Source: an uncultured Acidobacteriota bacterium (GTDB lineage Bacteria > Acidobacteriota > Blastocatellia > RBC074). From it: a DNA stretch of 64,000 nucleotides. Every line of letters begins with the position of its first letter. The first letter of the stretch is position 1. Shown one piece after another: positions 1 to 9,736 of the stretch. Position numbers and translations under genes: made by a program. The stretch covers positions 768,001 to 832,000 of the forward strand of contig CAWCKY010000001.1 of the NCBI GenBank assembly GCA_963796275.1, in the 5' to 3' direction. The notes under the pieces were generated by a model. That model searched no databases, was not told where the DNA came from, and worked only from the letters and a program-made list of their open reading frames with translations.

Positions 1-827
1 GATCCATCGTAGTCCTTGTAGCGATTGGTCCACGATTCCTGTTTGGTGATTTTCATCCCTAAATCGAGAGAAGTCGGATAGTGCGTTTGGATCTCCGAAC
101 CGATGCGGTCTTTAAGCGGCGTGATTATCTTGCCGCGGGCCGTATAATCTTCGGGGTTGGCGGTGAATACCAGCAGCACGTCCAGGGGCAGCCGCACCGG
201 ATAACCTTTTATCTGCACGTCGCCTTCCTGCATGATGTTGAAAAGACCGACCTGAATCTTTCCGGCCAGATCAGGCAGTTCGTTGATTCCAAATATTCCG
301 CGATTAGCGCGCGGCAACAATCCATAATGGATTGTCAGTTCGTCAGAGAGGAGGTGTCCCCCGCGTGCAGCCTTTATCGGGTCGAGGTCGCCGATCATGT
401 CGGCGATGGTCACATCCGGGGTAGCCAGCTTTTCGACGTAACGTGATTCACGGTTGACCCACGCGATTGGAGCTTGATCGCCTTTTTCGGCGACTAGATG
501 TTTCCCGAAGGCGCTGATGGGTTCGTATGGATTGTCGTTAAGTTCTGAGCCTTCCAGTGCGGGAATCTCATCATCGAGTAGATTCGTCAGCGCGCGCATG
601 ATTCGGCTCTTCGCCTGTCCGCGCAGACCAAGCAGGATCATATTGTGCCGGGAGAGCAGCGCATTGACGATTTGCGGGATTACCGAATCTTCATATCCGA
701 TTACTTTCGGGAAAAGCCCTTCTCCCTTTCTCAGTTTGGTAATCAGGTTATAACGGACTTCGTCTTTTACCGAGCGCCGGTGATAACCGGAACTTTTCAA
801 CTCACCAAGTGTTCGTGGTTTAGCCAT
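1..827 (-). CDS. Magnesium-chelatase ChlI-like AAA+ ATPase, 3' end truncated by window edge
   Basis: Not in ORF track. Manual translation from ATG 827 (GAGG SD upstream): [15 protein letters not shown]...[15 protein letters not shown] (Walker A variant)...[26 protein letters not shown]; runs to the window edge. Confidence 0.85.
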   Translation of the reverse strand, partial: MAKPRTLGELKSSGYHRRSVKDEVRYNLITKLRKGEGLFPKVIGYEDSVIPQIVNALLSRHNMILLGLRGQAKSRIMRALTNLLDDEIPALEGSELNDNPYEPISAFGKHLVAEKGDQAPIAWVNRESRYVEKLATPDVTIADMIGDLDPIKAARGGHLLSDELTIHYGLLPRANRGIFGINELPDLAGKIQVGLFNIMQEGDVQIKGYPVRLPLDVLLVFTANPEDYTARGKIITPLKDRIGSEIQTHYPTSLDLGMKITKQESWTNRYKDYDG

Positions 828-924
828 GCCTTAAAAGACCTCAAATGATATTTTCGACGATTGAACTGAAATTGAGTACGGAAAGTCCACGGTTCAATTG
901 AGATTTGATCTTAACCTTCGATAC

Positions 925-957
925 AAAAAATGAAAAGGGCTGCAATTTTGCAGCCCT
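925..957 (-). terminator. Rho-independent terminator after 1000..1581
   Basis: Minus strand AGGGCTGCAA-AA-TTGCAGCCCT followed by TTTCATTTTTT. Confidence 0.75.
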
Positions 958-999
958 GAAGGATTTCGTATGTTTTAGAGAAAGGTGTATTTAAGCTGA

Positions 1000-1581
1000 C
1001 TATTGATCACGATTCTTGATCAGGGTATAGAGCGCGCCGCCGCCGCCGCCGAGCAGAGCTCCGACACCCGCGCCTTTCCCGCCTCCGATCGCACCACCGA
1101 CGCCCGCGCCGACTGCGGCTGGAGCAGCAATCGTCAATACGGTGTTAAGGGTGGATCTCTTCCTGCGCTGAGCAGGCGCTGATCGATAAACTACTTCACG
1201 GTCACGCTGGATAACTCTGGTAGGTCGCGCAACGCTGGTCACCACTGTTTGCGGCTGGTTCACGCGGTTCTGATATCCATCGGTGTAACCTTCTTTATAC
1301 CCATCGTTGTATCCGGTGCGTTGGGTCGTGACAACCGACGTTGATTCGGAGGATAAGCCGGCGTTGTATCCGTCAGTGTAGCCTGTCTTGAAATCGCTAA
1401 GATAAAACTGCTGGTCATCTTTGGCTGCTGTCAGCGGCGATGGCGCTGGTTGGCTCAGTGCCGCCTTGTTCTCCTCGGCCGCGTTTGTCTTGGGTGTTTC
1501 AGACAATCGTCCAAAGGCGAAACCGCCCAGCAGTAAAGAGCTGGCTATGGTGATTCCGACGATCTTATTTGCCCTGGTCAT
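1000..1581 (-). CDS. Membrane-anchored/exported protein with GYxxG repeats and C-terminal glycine zipper
   Basis: N-terminal hydrophobic segment; GYTDGYNAG and GYNDGYKEGYTDGY; C-terminal GAGVGGAIGGGKGAGVGALLGGGGGA. Confidence 0.75.
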   Translation of the reverse strand: MTRANKIVGITIASSLLLGGFAFGRLSETPKTNAAEENKAALSQPAPSPLTAAKDDQQFYLSDFKTGYTDGYNAGLSSESTSVVTTQRTGYNDGYKEGYTDGYQNRVNQPQTVVTSVARPTRVIQRDREVVYRSAPAQRRKRSTLNTVLTIAAPAAVGAGVGGAIGGGKGAGVGALLGGGGGALYTLIKNRDQ

Positions 1582-1696
1582 TTCTTATTTCCTCACTTTC
1601 CTACTTTGCTTTTCCTGCTTCAGGTGAATCTGGAATATCCCGATAATTCCGAGGGTGATTATACCAATTGATAACCGTATCAAAAGCAATTGCTAT

Positions 1697-1712
1697 GGCA
1701 AATGCAATGCCG
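1697..1712 (-). promoter_or_regulatory. Candidate sigma54 (-24/-12) promoter for 1000..1581
   Basis: Minus strand CGGCATTGCATTTGCC fits YGGCA-N6-TTGC, ~115 nt upstream of the ATG. Confidence 0.45.
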
Positions 1713-1995
1713 TTAAAGATTAATTACCAATTAGCATGCAAGTTTCATTGTTTGCAGAAAATTCGAGATGAAATCGAGTTAAGGTTGAAGAATGCACGGC
1801 CCGACAATCTACGATATAGGGTAAGCAGCCGAGAAAAATGCACGAAACGGTTGAAATGATATGAAACCTTTTTTGTCGTAATCTCACCAACCTTGCGACA
1901 TACCATCATCGGTAAAACAAACGCGGACAGAATTCATTGCGGTATTGCGGCGCGGAAGGCGGTGAATTTTGTCCCAAATCGCGAGGAGAGAAGAA

Positions 1996-2826
1996 ATGTT
2001 TAAAAGTACCCGGATCGAATCACTGATATTGTTGATGGCGTTCACATGTCTGGTCACCCCATCTGCTTTCGCTCAACGGGAACGGCTTGAGCGCGATGCC
2101 AAAGAGCTAGCTTGCAATGAAAATGGGGGCAGGGGACGCCCGCAAAATTGTATTATCAAAGAACTGAATATCCCAGCCAGCGGCGGCGCCCTGACTGTCG
2201 ATGGGAAGAAAAACGGTGGCGTCTCCGTCAAAGGTTGGAATCGGGCCGAGATTTTCGTGCGAGCGAAAGTTCAAACCTGGGGCGAGACCGATGCAGAAGC
2301 ACAAGCTCTGACAGGACTGATTCACATCGAGACAGGCGGCGGGCGAATTCATGCTGAGGGCCCTGCGACGAGCAGTGAACGGGGCTGGTCGGTCAGTTTT
2401 GAAGTCTTCGTACCTCACAACTCAAATTTGAACATCAAAACCCATAATGGTGGGGTGGGTATCGCAGACGTACGCGGTCAGATTGAGTTTGACGCTCTCA
2501 ACGGCGGTGTCTCGTTGAGACGGCTTGCGGGAAGCGTCAAGGGGCATACGGTCAACGGTGGGCTTTCGATCGAATTGACAGGTAATCGCTGGGATGGTGA
2601 TGGGTTGAACGTCAAGACGACGAATGGCGGAGTGAGCATGACCATACCCGAGGACTATTCAGCGCGGCTCGAGACGAGTACAGTGAACGGCGGTCTGAAA
2701 ATAGATTTCCCGATTACGGTGCAGGGCAAAATCGACCGTGAAATTTCGACCGATCTGGGCTCGGGTGGCACGATGATTCGTGCGACGACGACCAATGGCG
2801 GAGTTACGATAAAGCGTAAAGCGTAA
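1996..2826 (+). CDS. Secreted DUF4097 (putative adhesin) beta-strand repeat protein
   Basis: Signal peptide (MFKSTRIES...SAFA-Q), repeated T-x-NGG-V motifs; AGGAG SD before ATG 1996. Confidence 0.8.
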   Translation: MFKSTRIESLILLMAFTCLVTPSAFAQRERLERDAKELACNENGGRGRPQNCIIKELNIPASGGALTVDGKKNGGVSVKGWNRAEIFVRAKVQTWGETDAEAQALTGLIHIETGGGRIHAEGPATSSERGWSVSFEVFVPHNSNLNIKTHNGGVGIADVRGQIEFDALNGGVSLRRLAGSVKGHTVNGGLSIELTGNRWDGDGLNVKTTNGGVSMTIPEDYSARLETSTVNGGLKIDFPITVQGKIDREISTDLGSGGTMIRATTTNGGVTIKRKA

Positions 2827-2914
2827 TCCTTATCTACTTTAAAGAGCAAAGGAATGGGAGGAATTGTTATTGAACTTTCCCTCCCATTTTTTTATCTTCT
2901 GAATTTCGCGAGGT

Positions 2915-3760
2915 TCAATTAATCTGTATTCCCGTTCCCGTATTTCGATGTGTCGAGAGACGGCGGATCGCGCGCTGTCGCATTTTCGGATTGGGGTCGT
3001 TTTTTGCGATAGACATCAGTTTGTCTGTCGCTTTGCGGTTCTCAGTGCGCGCGATTCCTCCAATGATCTCTTCCTTTACTGATTCGATGGTCGCGTTATC
3101 GTAAAGTTCTATCAAAACATCCAGGCTTTCCGTCGTTCTCACGCGCGCGAGGTTCGAGACCGCCGATCGCTGAAGTTCGGGGCTCGTCTCTTTTGTGGCA
3201 ATCTCTTTGAGCAGGGGAATAACGCGCGGATTATCGTGTACCGCAATCGCCCGCAGCGCGTTTTTGGGAAGGTCCTTGCCGTCTTTTTCGGCTCGCATAA
3301 CACTTTCCAGCATGGATATGCTCTGAGCCCCATCCACATTGCCGAGCCAGTAGATCGGGCGATCTTCGAACACGTACGGTTCGCTCATATTAAGTGTTTT
3401 GATGCTTTTGAATTTCGGCTCAGGGCCGGTCGCGTCCGTGAGCATGAAGACCGCGGCCTCTGCCGGATCATCGCGGCGCTCGAGCCTGATCCCATTATCG
3501 TAATAGATCATCCCGTTAAACGGCCCGTATGACACTCCTTCACGCGCCGGGAAGTGATAAGCGATCCAGAGAGTCTCGCCCCGGTCGGCATTCTTGAACT
3601 GTTTGAATGCGCGGTCAATCCTTTCATCCAAATTCCCACCGTCAACTTTGATAAAATCGGCTTTGGTGTACGTGCGCTTCGCCTGCTGCTGGCCAAATGT
3701 AATACACAGGAGGAGCATCGACCAGGAAATGATAAAAACTATGCGCAAATTGTAAGACAT
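2915..3760 (-). CDS. Exported HEAT-repeat protein
   Basis: AAGGAGG SD before ATG 3760; signal peptide; C-terminal HEAT-like repeats (LQRSAVSNLARV, KLMSIAKNDPNPKMRQRAIRRL). Confidence 0.75.
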   Translation of the reverse strand: MSYNLRIVFIISWSMLLLCITFGQQQAKRTYTKADFIKVDGGNLDERIDRAFKQFKNADRGETLWIAYHFPAREGVSYGPFNGMIYYDNGIRLERRDDPAEAAVFMLTDATGPEPKFKSIKTLNMSEPYVFEDRPIYWLGNVDGAQSISMLESVMRAEKDGKDLPKNALRAIAVHDNPRVIPLLKEIATKETSPELQRSAVSNLARVRTTESLDVLIELYDNATIESVKEEIIGGIARTENRKATDKLMSIAKNDPNPKMRQRAIRRLSTHRNTGTGIQIN

Positions 3761-3874
3761 AGGGGCCTCCTTCTTGACTGATCGAAGATTCAAAGAATCA
3801 AAAATTTTCAAAAAAAAACAAAAGACAAAATCATTGCTTTTTGCCTTTTGTTTTTTTATGTCGCGTTTGGTGAT

Positions 3875-6800
3875 TCAGTCCACCGGCTTGACCGGCTTAA
3901 CTTTCGTCGGCGCCTTCTGCGCAATGCTAATGGCCTTAGCACGTGCAGGTTTTGGTTGCGCCGTTCTAAATTTCTGATAATGCCCCTCGAGCGTGTTCAG
4001 CATCTGGCGACTAGCATCGATCTTCGGATGCGACTCACCAAGCTGCAAGCTCAGTGATTTGATCTGATTTCCGACCTGGATCACCTGATGGCGCAGTTGC
4101 TGCTCGATTAAACTTCGTTGCTCGATCGTTCTACCGAGCTCGATCTCGTTTTCGAGTTCTCTCAACCGTAATTCGATCTTGGGCAGCTCGAACTGCAATT
4201 TGTCGAGATTCTCTATCTGGAGCTTTTCCAGAAGCTCATTTATGCTCTCCTGATTCTCCAACATCATCTTCTGAGTTTTCTTCCGTATCTCCTTCGTCTT
4301 CTCCTGCAGCTTAGAATCTTTCTCCTCCAAAGATTTATTCTTCCAGACCTCTATCTCCATCGGAAATTCAAAATTGAACTCAGTGCCCCTGCGGCTTACC
4401 TTCGGCCGCGCCTTCTCGACGAACTCAAGATATAGGCGTTCATCGACGCCATATAGAGTCCGGATTGCGGCCTGGCGAATCGTGGGATCCGGATCGTTCT
4501 TCGCGATCAGAATCAATTTATCTATCGCTTTTCGGCTTTTGTTGGCTCCCAGGCTGCGGATGGCAGTGTGCTTCATCTTCGCATCCTGCAGGCCGTTGTA
4601 AATCTCGATCAGGTTATTTGCCCCGTCATCGCCTTTTACCGCGCTGAGATAACGGATCGCCTTGCCGCGCAACTCTTCGTTGGTCTCCGACTTCGCTATC
4701 TTCACCAGCTTCGCCGTAGCTTTGCCGTTATCGGCGTTGCGCCGTAGCAGGTAACCGATGATCTCACTTCTGATCTTCACATCGTTGATTCCATCGTAGA
4801 GGTCGATGAGCGCGTTAATTGCCGCATCGCTGCGCATCCGGTAAATGCCCTGGAGCGCTTCGGTGCGCACGGTGGCATCGGAATCGCGCTTGATGATATC
4901 GGTCAGTACCGCGAGCAGTTCGCTTTCGGGAATCGTCGGCTTCTTGTTTTTGTCATCCTGACCCCATGGTGAAATTATCATCGGCGCTCCGAAACTAAAG
5001 GCCTTTCTGGGAGCCGGAACAGGCGCTGGAACGGGATGAGGTGCAGGTTCCGGCCTGACAGCCTTTGCCGGAGGAGCAACCGGGGCAATCGGGGCTACCG
5101 GGGCAATGGGGGTAATCGGAGCTATCGGAGCACCCGGGACAGCCGGGGGAACTTGAGCAACCGGAGCAATTGGAGCGACTGGAGCACCAGGGGCAGCCGG
5201 GGGAACTTGAGCAACCGGAGCGACTGGAGCGACTGGAGCACCAGGGGCAGCCGGAGCAGCTGGGGGAACCGGATCTTGCAGTAGCCGCTCGTAATCCATA
5301 TCTGCTCGGGCTCCGGTGAGTATGCCGAATTGTAAATTTGGATGGGTTAGCATCGCCGGTACGGCTGCCACAGCCGGAATCGCGGGAGTCGCGAAGAGGT
5401 CTTCATCAAATTCCCAGACATCGACCTCGGGCGCAATCGGTGCCAGAGGCGGCAATTCTATCTGACCTATTGACTCCATTTGTTCAAGGACTCGAAGATC
5501 GACGCGCGGTGCTTGAGAGGTCGATGCCGGCGCAACAATTACCGTCTGCGGTTGAGCGGTCGTTGTCGCTTTCCCTTTCTCCCGTTCCGCGCGATCCTGA
5601 ATCAGGGGGACGGCGATTACCGGGGAGATCAGGCTGCACAGGCCACCCAGCGTCAAAGCCAGTCCGATGGCGTATACCATGGCCGGTTTCGAAACGGCAG
5701 TCGTTGCGTTGCGGTCACGATTGAGAATCATTTCTACCCTCCTTGAAATCACGTGTTTTCCGAAAATGATACCGGCGGCGGCAGCAAACGTTTTGCTTTC
5801 GCTCAACAACTCAACCAATTTGGTCAAACAACATGCATAACGGCGAGGCTCGCATGTTTTGACGGCCCAGTCGTCGCAAGCCAGCTCCCGCTCGATCATC
5901 AGCTGTTTTCCGATAAACCAGACCGCCGGATGAAAGAAGAAAAGCGCCTGTACGAGCCGCTGCATCAAATTGGTCAGATAATCCCAGCGTTTTATGTGCG
6001 CCAGTTCGTGGGCGATGACGCTCTCGTATTCAGCAATGGTGAAGTTATGCGCCAGATCGGGAGGTAACACTATCACCGGTCTAAACGATCCGATCGTCAT
6101 CGGCACCGAAACCAGACGCGAAGTGAACACGCGAACGCGCCTTCTGATTCCGAATATCTCGGCCAGGCGTTGCACTCGCACACGCTGCTCGGAAGGGACG
6201 AATCCGAAACGGCGGCGCAGCCGTAAGAGCGATAGATAGCTGCGCGCAATCCTTCCCATCATTAAGATACAGACAGCCAACCATACGCAGACGATCGCCA
6301 GGGGGAGATGCCCGCTGAATAAGCTGGCTTCCCAATACTGCATCCGCTTCCGGATCGGGCGCGCTTCCGCTCTTTGAGCAATTGCCGGCTGCGTTTCGGT
6401 AGCGGTAGCGGTTTTTGTCGATTCAGGAATTGTGGCGATCTTCGATGAATCTTCTATCTGATTGGTAGGATTGAAAACGGTCGCCCGATCGGTTCGTGCT
6501 CGCCAGGCGCCGGCCCGAGCTTGAACTATCGGTGAGGCCGCGAAAATCGTCTCCTCGATCAGCAATGGCCTGGCAGCCGGAGTAAACGTAGGTTCCGCCG
6601 CCAGCGACTCGCCGGACGGCGACTCCTTTATATCCGGTTTTTGCTCTTGTGTTATCGGATCTGTGCGTGAGAGCGGTGAGAGAAGGACGATCGCCGGCAG
6701 GGCCCCGATACTGAACAGACAGACGAGCCAGACTGCATGGCGAGTGGTCGCGCTGACCCGCTTGAGGAAACGCAACAGAAGCCAGACCAACGCAGTGATT

Positions 6801-6880
6801 ATCGCACCCTGCCATAAACTATTGAGCAATGCCTCGAGCAGCGGGCGCGAGAGCGAATCGAAAAAAAACATTTCACCCAT
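3875..6880 (-). CDS. BlaR1/MecR1-type M56 peptidase fused to Pro/Ala linker, HEAT repeats and coiled coil
   Basis: LLNSLWQG first TM, HELAH zinc motif, FFFHPAVW, ERELACDD; C-terminal HEAT repeats; directly downstream of BlaI-family gene. Confidence 0.9.
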   Translation of the reverse strand: MGEMFFFDSLSRPLLEALLNSLWQGAIITALVWLLLRFLKRVSATTRHAVWLVCLFSIGALPAIVLLSPLSRTDPITQEQKPDIKESPSGESLAAEPTFTPAARPLLIEETIFAASPIVQARAGAWRARTDRATVFNPTNQIEDSSKIATIPESTKTATATETQPAIAQRAEARPIRKRMQYWEASLFSGHLPLAIVCVWLAVCILMMGRIARSYLSLLRLRRRFGFVPSEQRVRVQRLAEIFGIRRRVRVFTSRLVSVPMTIGSFRPVIVLPPDLAHNFTIAEYESVIAHELAHIKRWDYLTNLMQRLVQALFFFHPAVWFIGKQLMIERELACDDWAVKTCEPRRYACCLTKLVELLSESKTFAAAAGIIFGKHVISRRVEMILNRDRNATTAVSKPAMVYAIGLALTLGGLCSLISPVIAVPLIQDRAEREKGKATTTAQPQTVIVAPASTSQAPRVDLRVLEQMESIGQIELPPLAPIAPEVDVWEFDEDLFATPAIPAVAAVPAMLTHPNLQFGILTGARADMDYERLLQDPVPPAAPAAPGAPVAPVAPVAQVPPAAPGAPVAPIAPVAQVPPAVPGAPIAPITPIAPVAPIAPVAPPAKAVRPEPAPHPVPAPVPAPRKAFSFGAPMIISPWGQDDKNKKPTIPESELLAVLTDIIKRDSDATVRTEALQGIYRMRSDAAINALIDLYDGINDVKIRSEIIGYLLRRNADNGKATAKLVKIAKSETNEELRGKAIRYLSAVKGDDGANNLIEIYNGLQDAKMKHTAIRSLGANKSRKAIDKLILIAKNDPDPTIRQAAIRTLYGVDERLYLEFVEKARPKVSRRGTEFNFEFPMEIEVWKNKSLEEKDSKLQEKTKEIRKKTQKMMLENQESINELLEKLQIENLDKLQFELPKIELRLRELENEIELGRTIEQRSLIEQQLRHQVIQVGNQIKSLSLQLGESHPKIDASRQMLNTLEGHYQKFRTAQPKPARAKAISIAQKAPTKVKPVKPVD
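5063..5275 (-). repeat. Coding low-complexity repeat (9-bp P-x-A units with a longer duplicated block) in the M56 gene
   Basis: PVAPVAPVAQVPPAAPGAPVAPIAPVAQVPPAVPGAPIAPITPIAPVAP; CAGCCGGGGGAACTTGAGCAACCGGAGC occurs twice. Confidence 0.8.
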
Positions 6881-6905
6881 CTTCTCTCCTCTTTCACGGG
6901 GGTCG

Positions 6906-7280
6906 TCATTTCTCTTTTTCGATCATTTGTCTGAGTCGTTTGACTTCGTCGGGATCGACGTCTTCGGATTCCAGCAAGTTAACTACGAGCAACTCCGGCG
7001 AATTGTTGAAAAAACGTTTGAGCAAATACCCTATTACACTCCGCTGCGCCTGTTGTCGGTCCACCAGCGGGAGATAGACGAAGGCCCGCCCCTCCTTCTC
7101 GTGTGTGACATATCCTTTCTGCTCGAGGATCCGCATCATCGTCAGCACGGAACTATAGGCCAACCGCTCCTCCGGCAGTGCCTCCACAATATCCGAAACC
7201 GTACCCTTGCCTTTCTTCCAGAGCACTTCCATCAGTTCAAGTTCGACCTCTGTAAGTGTTGGTGATTTCCGGCGTGCCAA
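6906..7280 (-). CDS. BlaI/MecI/CopY family transcriptional repressor
   Basis: LTEVELELMEVLW...LAYSSVLTMMRILEQKGYV...EGRAFVY winged-helix signature; GAGGAGG SD before TTG. Confidence 0.93.
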   Translation of the reverse strand: MARRKSPTLTEVELELMEVLWKKGKGTVSDIVEALPEERLAYSSVLTMMRILEQKGYVTHEKEGRAFVYLPLVDRQQAQRSVIGYLLKRFFNNSPELLVVNLLESEDVDPDEVKRLRQMIEKEK

Positions 7281-7472
7281 ATTTTCACCTCCTCATCCGT
7301 AATGTTCCTCTGCTCAGATGCTCGCTCTTGATCGGAAATTGAAACCTTAAAACCGGAATCCCTTTCCATCTTTACAATTTGCCTCTGCATCTGAAGTCAA
7401 AATCTTTACCGGCAGGTCTGGACAACCCGCTGTAAATAGTTCGTTTACCTAACTATTAAATAATTCGTGCAA

Positions 7473-7514
7473 AGCCTAAACGATCGCCTGCGATCTGTCA
7501 ACTAAAAAATTAGT
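7473..7514 (-). promoter_or_regulatory. sigma70 promoter and candidate BlaI-family operator
   Basis: Minus strand TTGACA (7501-7496)-17 bp-TAGGCT (7478-7473); palindrome ACTAA-AAAA-TTAGT at 7501-7514 abuts the -35. Confidence 0.55.
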
Positions 7515-7717
7515 AGTATATGGAAATAATACTGGAAGAAATTAACTCATTGCATTTCATCGAGTTTCTTGTGCAATGGTATAATAATTACTGCATTGGC
7601 TCCAGACGCAACGAATTAAGAAGCTACACTTAATGCGTGAGTAAATTCAAAAGCGGTTCAAAGTGAGAGTATTAGTGTAATGAGACGTGTGGTCTGCAAG
7701 TTGCCCACTCAAGCCCG

Positions 7718-9682
7718 ATGAAGTGGCGGGGATGCAGCCATAACGTAAGTTCAGTGAACTCCCTGTTCCAACTATTTATCTTACCGGTTAAGGAACGCGA
7801 TTCGAGTCTGGAGAATGTATTGGAGAAGGTAAGGACGGCGTCGATGACCACTCCCCTTGAGAAAAAGCTTTTTATTTATCTTGGTGTAATCCTTATCGTC
7901 CTGATCATTCAAGTCTCATTGGTATATCAGGGCGAGCGGAATCTTGATTCATCCACAGACCGGAGCATGTTGTCGGACCTGGCTGCCGCGGTTGCTGTCA
8001 TCGGCATCCTTGGGGCATCGGCACTACTGGTGCTGACCGCTGGGCGGACGCGGCGCGAGATAGCCCGGCAAGTGGAACGGGACGAGCAGCTGTATGAAAG
8101 CGAAGAGCGTTTCCGTCAGATCGCAGAAAATATCGATGCCGTCCTCTGGGTAAGAAACGTGCGAAGCGGCCGGCTCGAGTTCGTCAGCTCGGGGATCGAC
8201 CGGCTATGGGGAATCAGCCACGATACACTGACGAATAAACATGGATTCTGGTCCGCATATATTCACCCGGACGACCGCGCATTTATCAACGAGTCTGAAA
8301 CGGAGAAATTCTCCGACACGTTAGATCGGGAGTATCGGATCATCACGCCTGATGGAAGAATACGGTGGGTAAGGGATCGCGTTTTCCCGGTCAAAGACAA
8401 ATATGGTAGTGTGCAGCGTCTGGTCGGTTTAACCACCGATACGACGGATCGGAAACAGGCGGAAGAGCTCAAGGCTAACCTGCTGGCGCGTGAACAGGCT
8501 GCCCGTGCGCAGGCTGAGGCGGCCAATCAAACAAAAGACGAATTTTTGGCGATCGTCTCACACGAGCTGCGATCTCCACTCAATGCCATGCTCGGATGGG
8601 CCCGCGTGCTGCGTAACGGAGGCGTCGACGAGGAGACTCAGGACCACGCGGTCAAAGTGATCGAGCATAGCGCTGAGATGCAATCCAGATTGATCGAAGA
8701 CCTGATTGATTCGGCGCGCATCGCCAGCGGTCAACTTCGGATAGAATCCAGACCCGTCAACCTCAACCCCGTCATCCAATCAGCTGTCGACACCGTACAC
8801 CCCGCGGCTGAGAGTAAGGGTGTCGAGATCCAAACCGATCTCGACATGCAGGCGGGTATCATCACGGGCGATGCGGAGAGAATGCAGCAGATCATTTGGA
8901 ATGTGCTCTCAAATGCAGTGAAGTTCACTCCTAAGGGGGGGCGTGTGGAGGCAAAGTTGAGCCGGCAAGATCCTTGGGTGATGATGACCTTCAGAGACAC
9001 GGGCCGGGGGATCAAGGCTTCCGATATACCTTTCATATTCGACCGCTTTCGACAGGCGGACAGCCCGACAACGCGGCGCGCGGGCGGGCTGGGACTCGGT
9101 TTATCGCTGGTTAAGAATTTAGTCGAGCTGCACGGGGGCAGAATAACCGCCGAGAGCGCAGGCGAGGGCAAGGGAGCGACATTTACGATCAAGCTGCCGC
9201 TCCGCGCCGTCAGTGGAGCTGAGCCTCCCAAGCCCCTCGGTCTCATAGATGTCCCCGGGCGTTTGAGCTTTTTGCCGGTGCTCGATGGGCTCAGCATCCT
9301 TACGGTGGATGATGAATCACAGGCGCGCGAGCTGGTCGCGACGCTCCTATGCAAATACGGAGCTCTGGTGACTCCGGTCTCATCGTGCGCTGAAGCGATA
9401 GAGGTCTTGACCAGCAATCAAGAGAATTTCGATTTGATCGTTTCAGATATTGGTATGCCTGAAGAAAATGGATACACTTTGATACGCCGCATAAGAAAGT
9501 TGCCTGACCCGATTGGAAAAATTCCTGCGGTTGCATTGACTGCTTTTGGCCGTGTCGAAGATCGCATCAGCGCTTTGGAGGCGGGATTTCAGATGCACGT
9601 GCCAAAACCGGTCGAGCCGACCGAACTAATGATGGTCATCGCCAGTCTGACAGGGCGGTCAGTGAGGTTGCCGGTTGAATAA
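7718..9682 (+). CDS. Hybrid sensor histidine kinase (2 TM, PAS, HisKA, HATPase, REC); start may be ~7844
   Basis: SHELRSPL H-box, NAVKF N-box, DTGRG, GLGLGL; C-terminal receiver DLIVSDIGMP. Confidence 0.93.
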   Translation: MKWRGCSHNVSSVNSLFQLFILPVKERDSSLENVLEKVRTASMTTPLEKKLFIYLGVILIVLIIQVSLVYQGERNLDSSTDRSMLSDLAAAVAVIGILGASALLVLTAGRTRREIARQVERDEQLYESEERFRQIAENIDAVLWVRNVRSGRLEFVSSGIDRLWGISHDTLTNKHGFWSAYIHPDDRAFINESETEKFSDTLDREYRIITPDGRIRWVRDRVFPVKDKYGSVQRLVGLTTDTTDRKQAEELKANLLAREQAARAQAEAANQTKDEFLAIVSHELRSPLNAMLGWARVLRNGGVDEETQDHAVKVIEHSAEMQSRLIEDLIDSARIASGQLRIESRPVNLNPVIQSAVDTVHPAAESKGVEIQTDLDMQAGIITGDAERMQQIIWNVLSNAVKFTPKGGRVEAKLSRQDPWVMMTFRDTGRGIKASDIPFIFDRFRQADSPTTRRAGGLGLGLSLVKNLVELHGGRITAESAGEGKGATFTIKLPLRAVSGAEPPKPLGLIDVPGRLSFLPVLDGLSILTVDDESQARELVATLLCKYGALVTPVSSCAEAIEVLTSNQENFDLIVSDIGMPEENGYTLIRRIRKLPDPIGKIPAVALTAFGRVEDRISALEAGFQMHVPKPVEPTELMMVIASLTGRSVRLPVE

Positions 9683-9736
9683 GATGCTCCTTGGTGGGAA
9701 GGATATCTCCAGCAAGCTGCCTCTTGGTTAGGGGAG

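Noticed and set aside
81-848. Plus-strand ORFs 81..446, 517..753, 645..848
   Set aside because: Antisense shadows of the minus-strand AAA+ ATPase.
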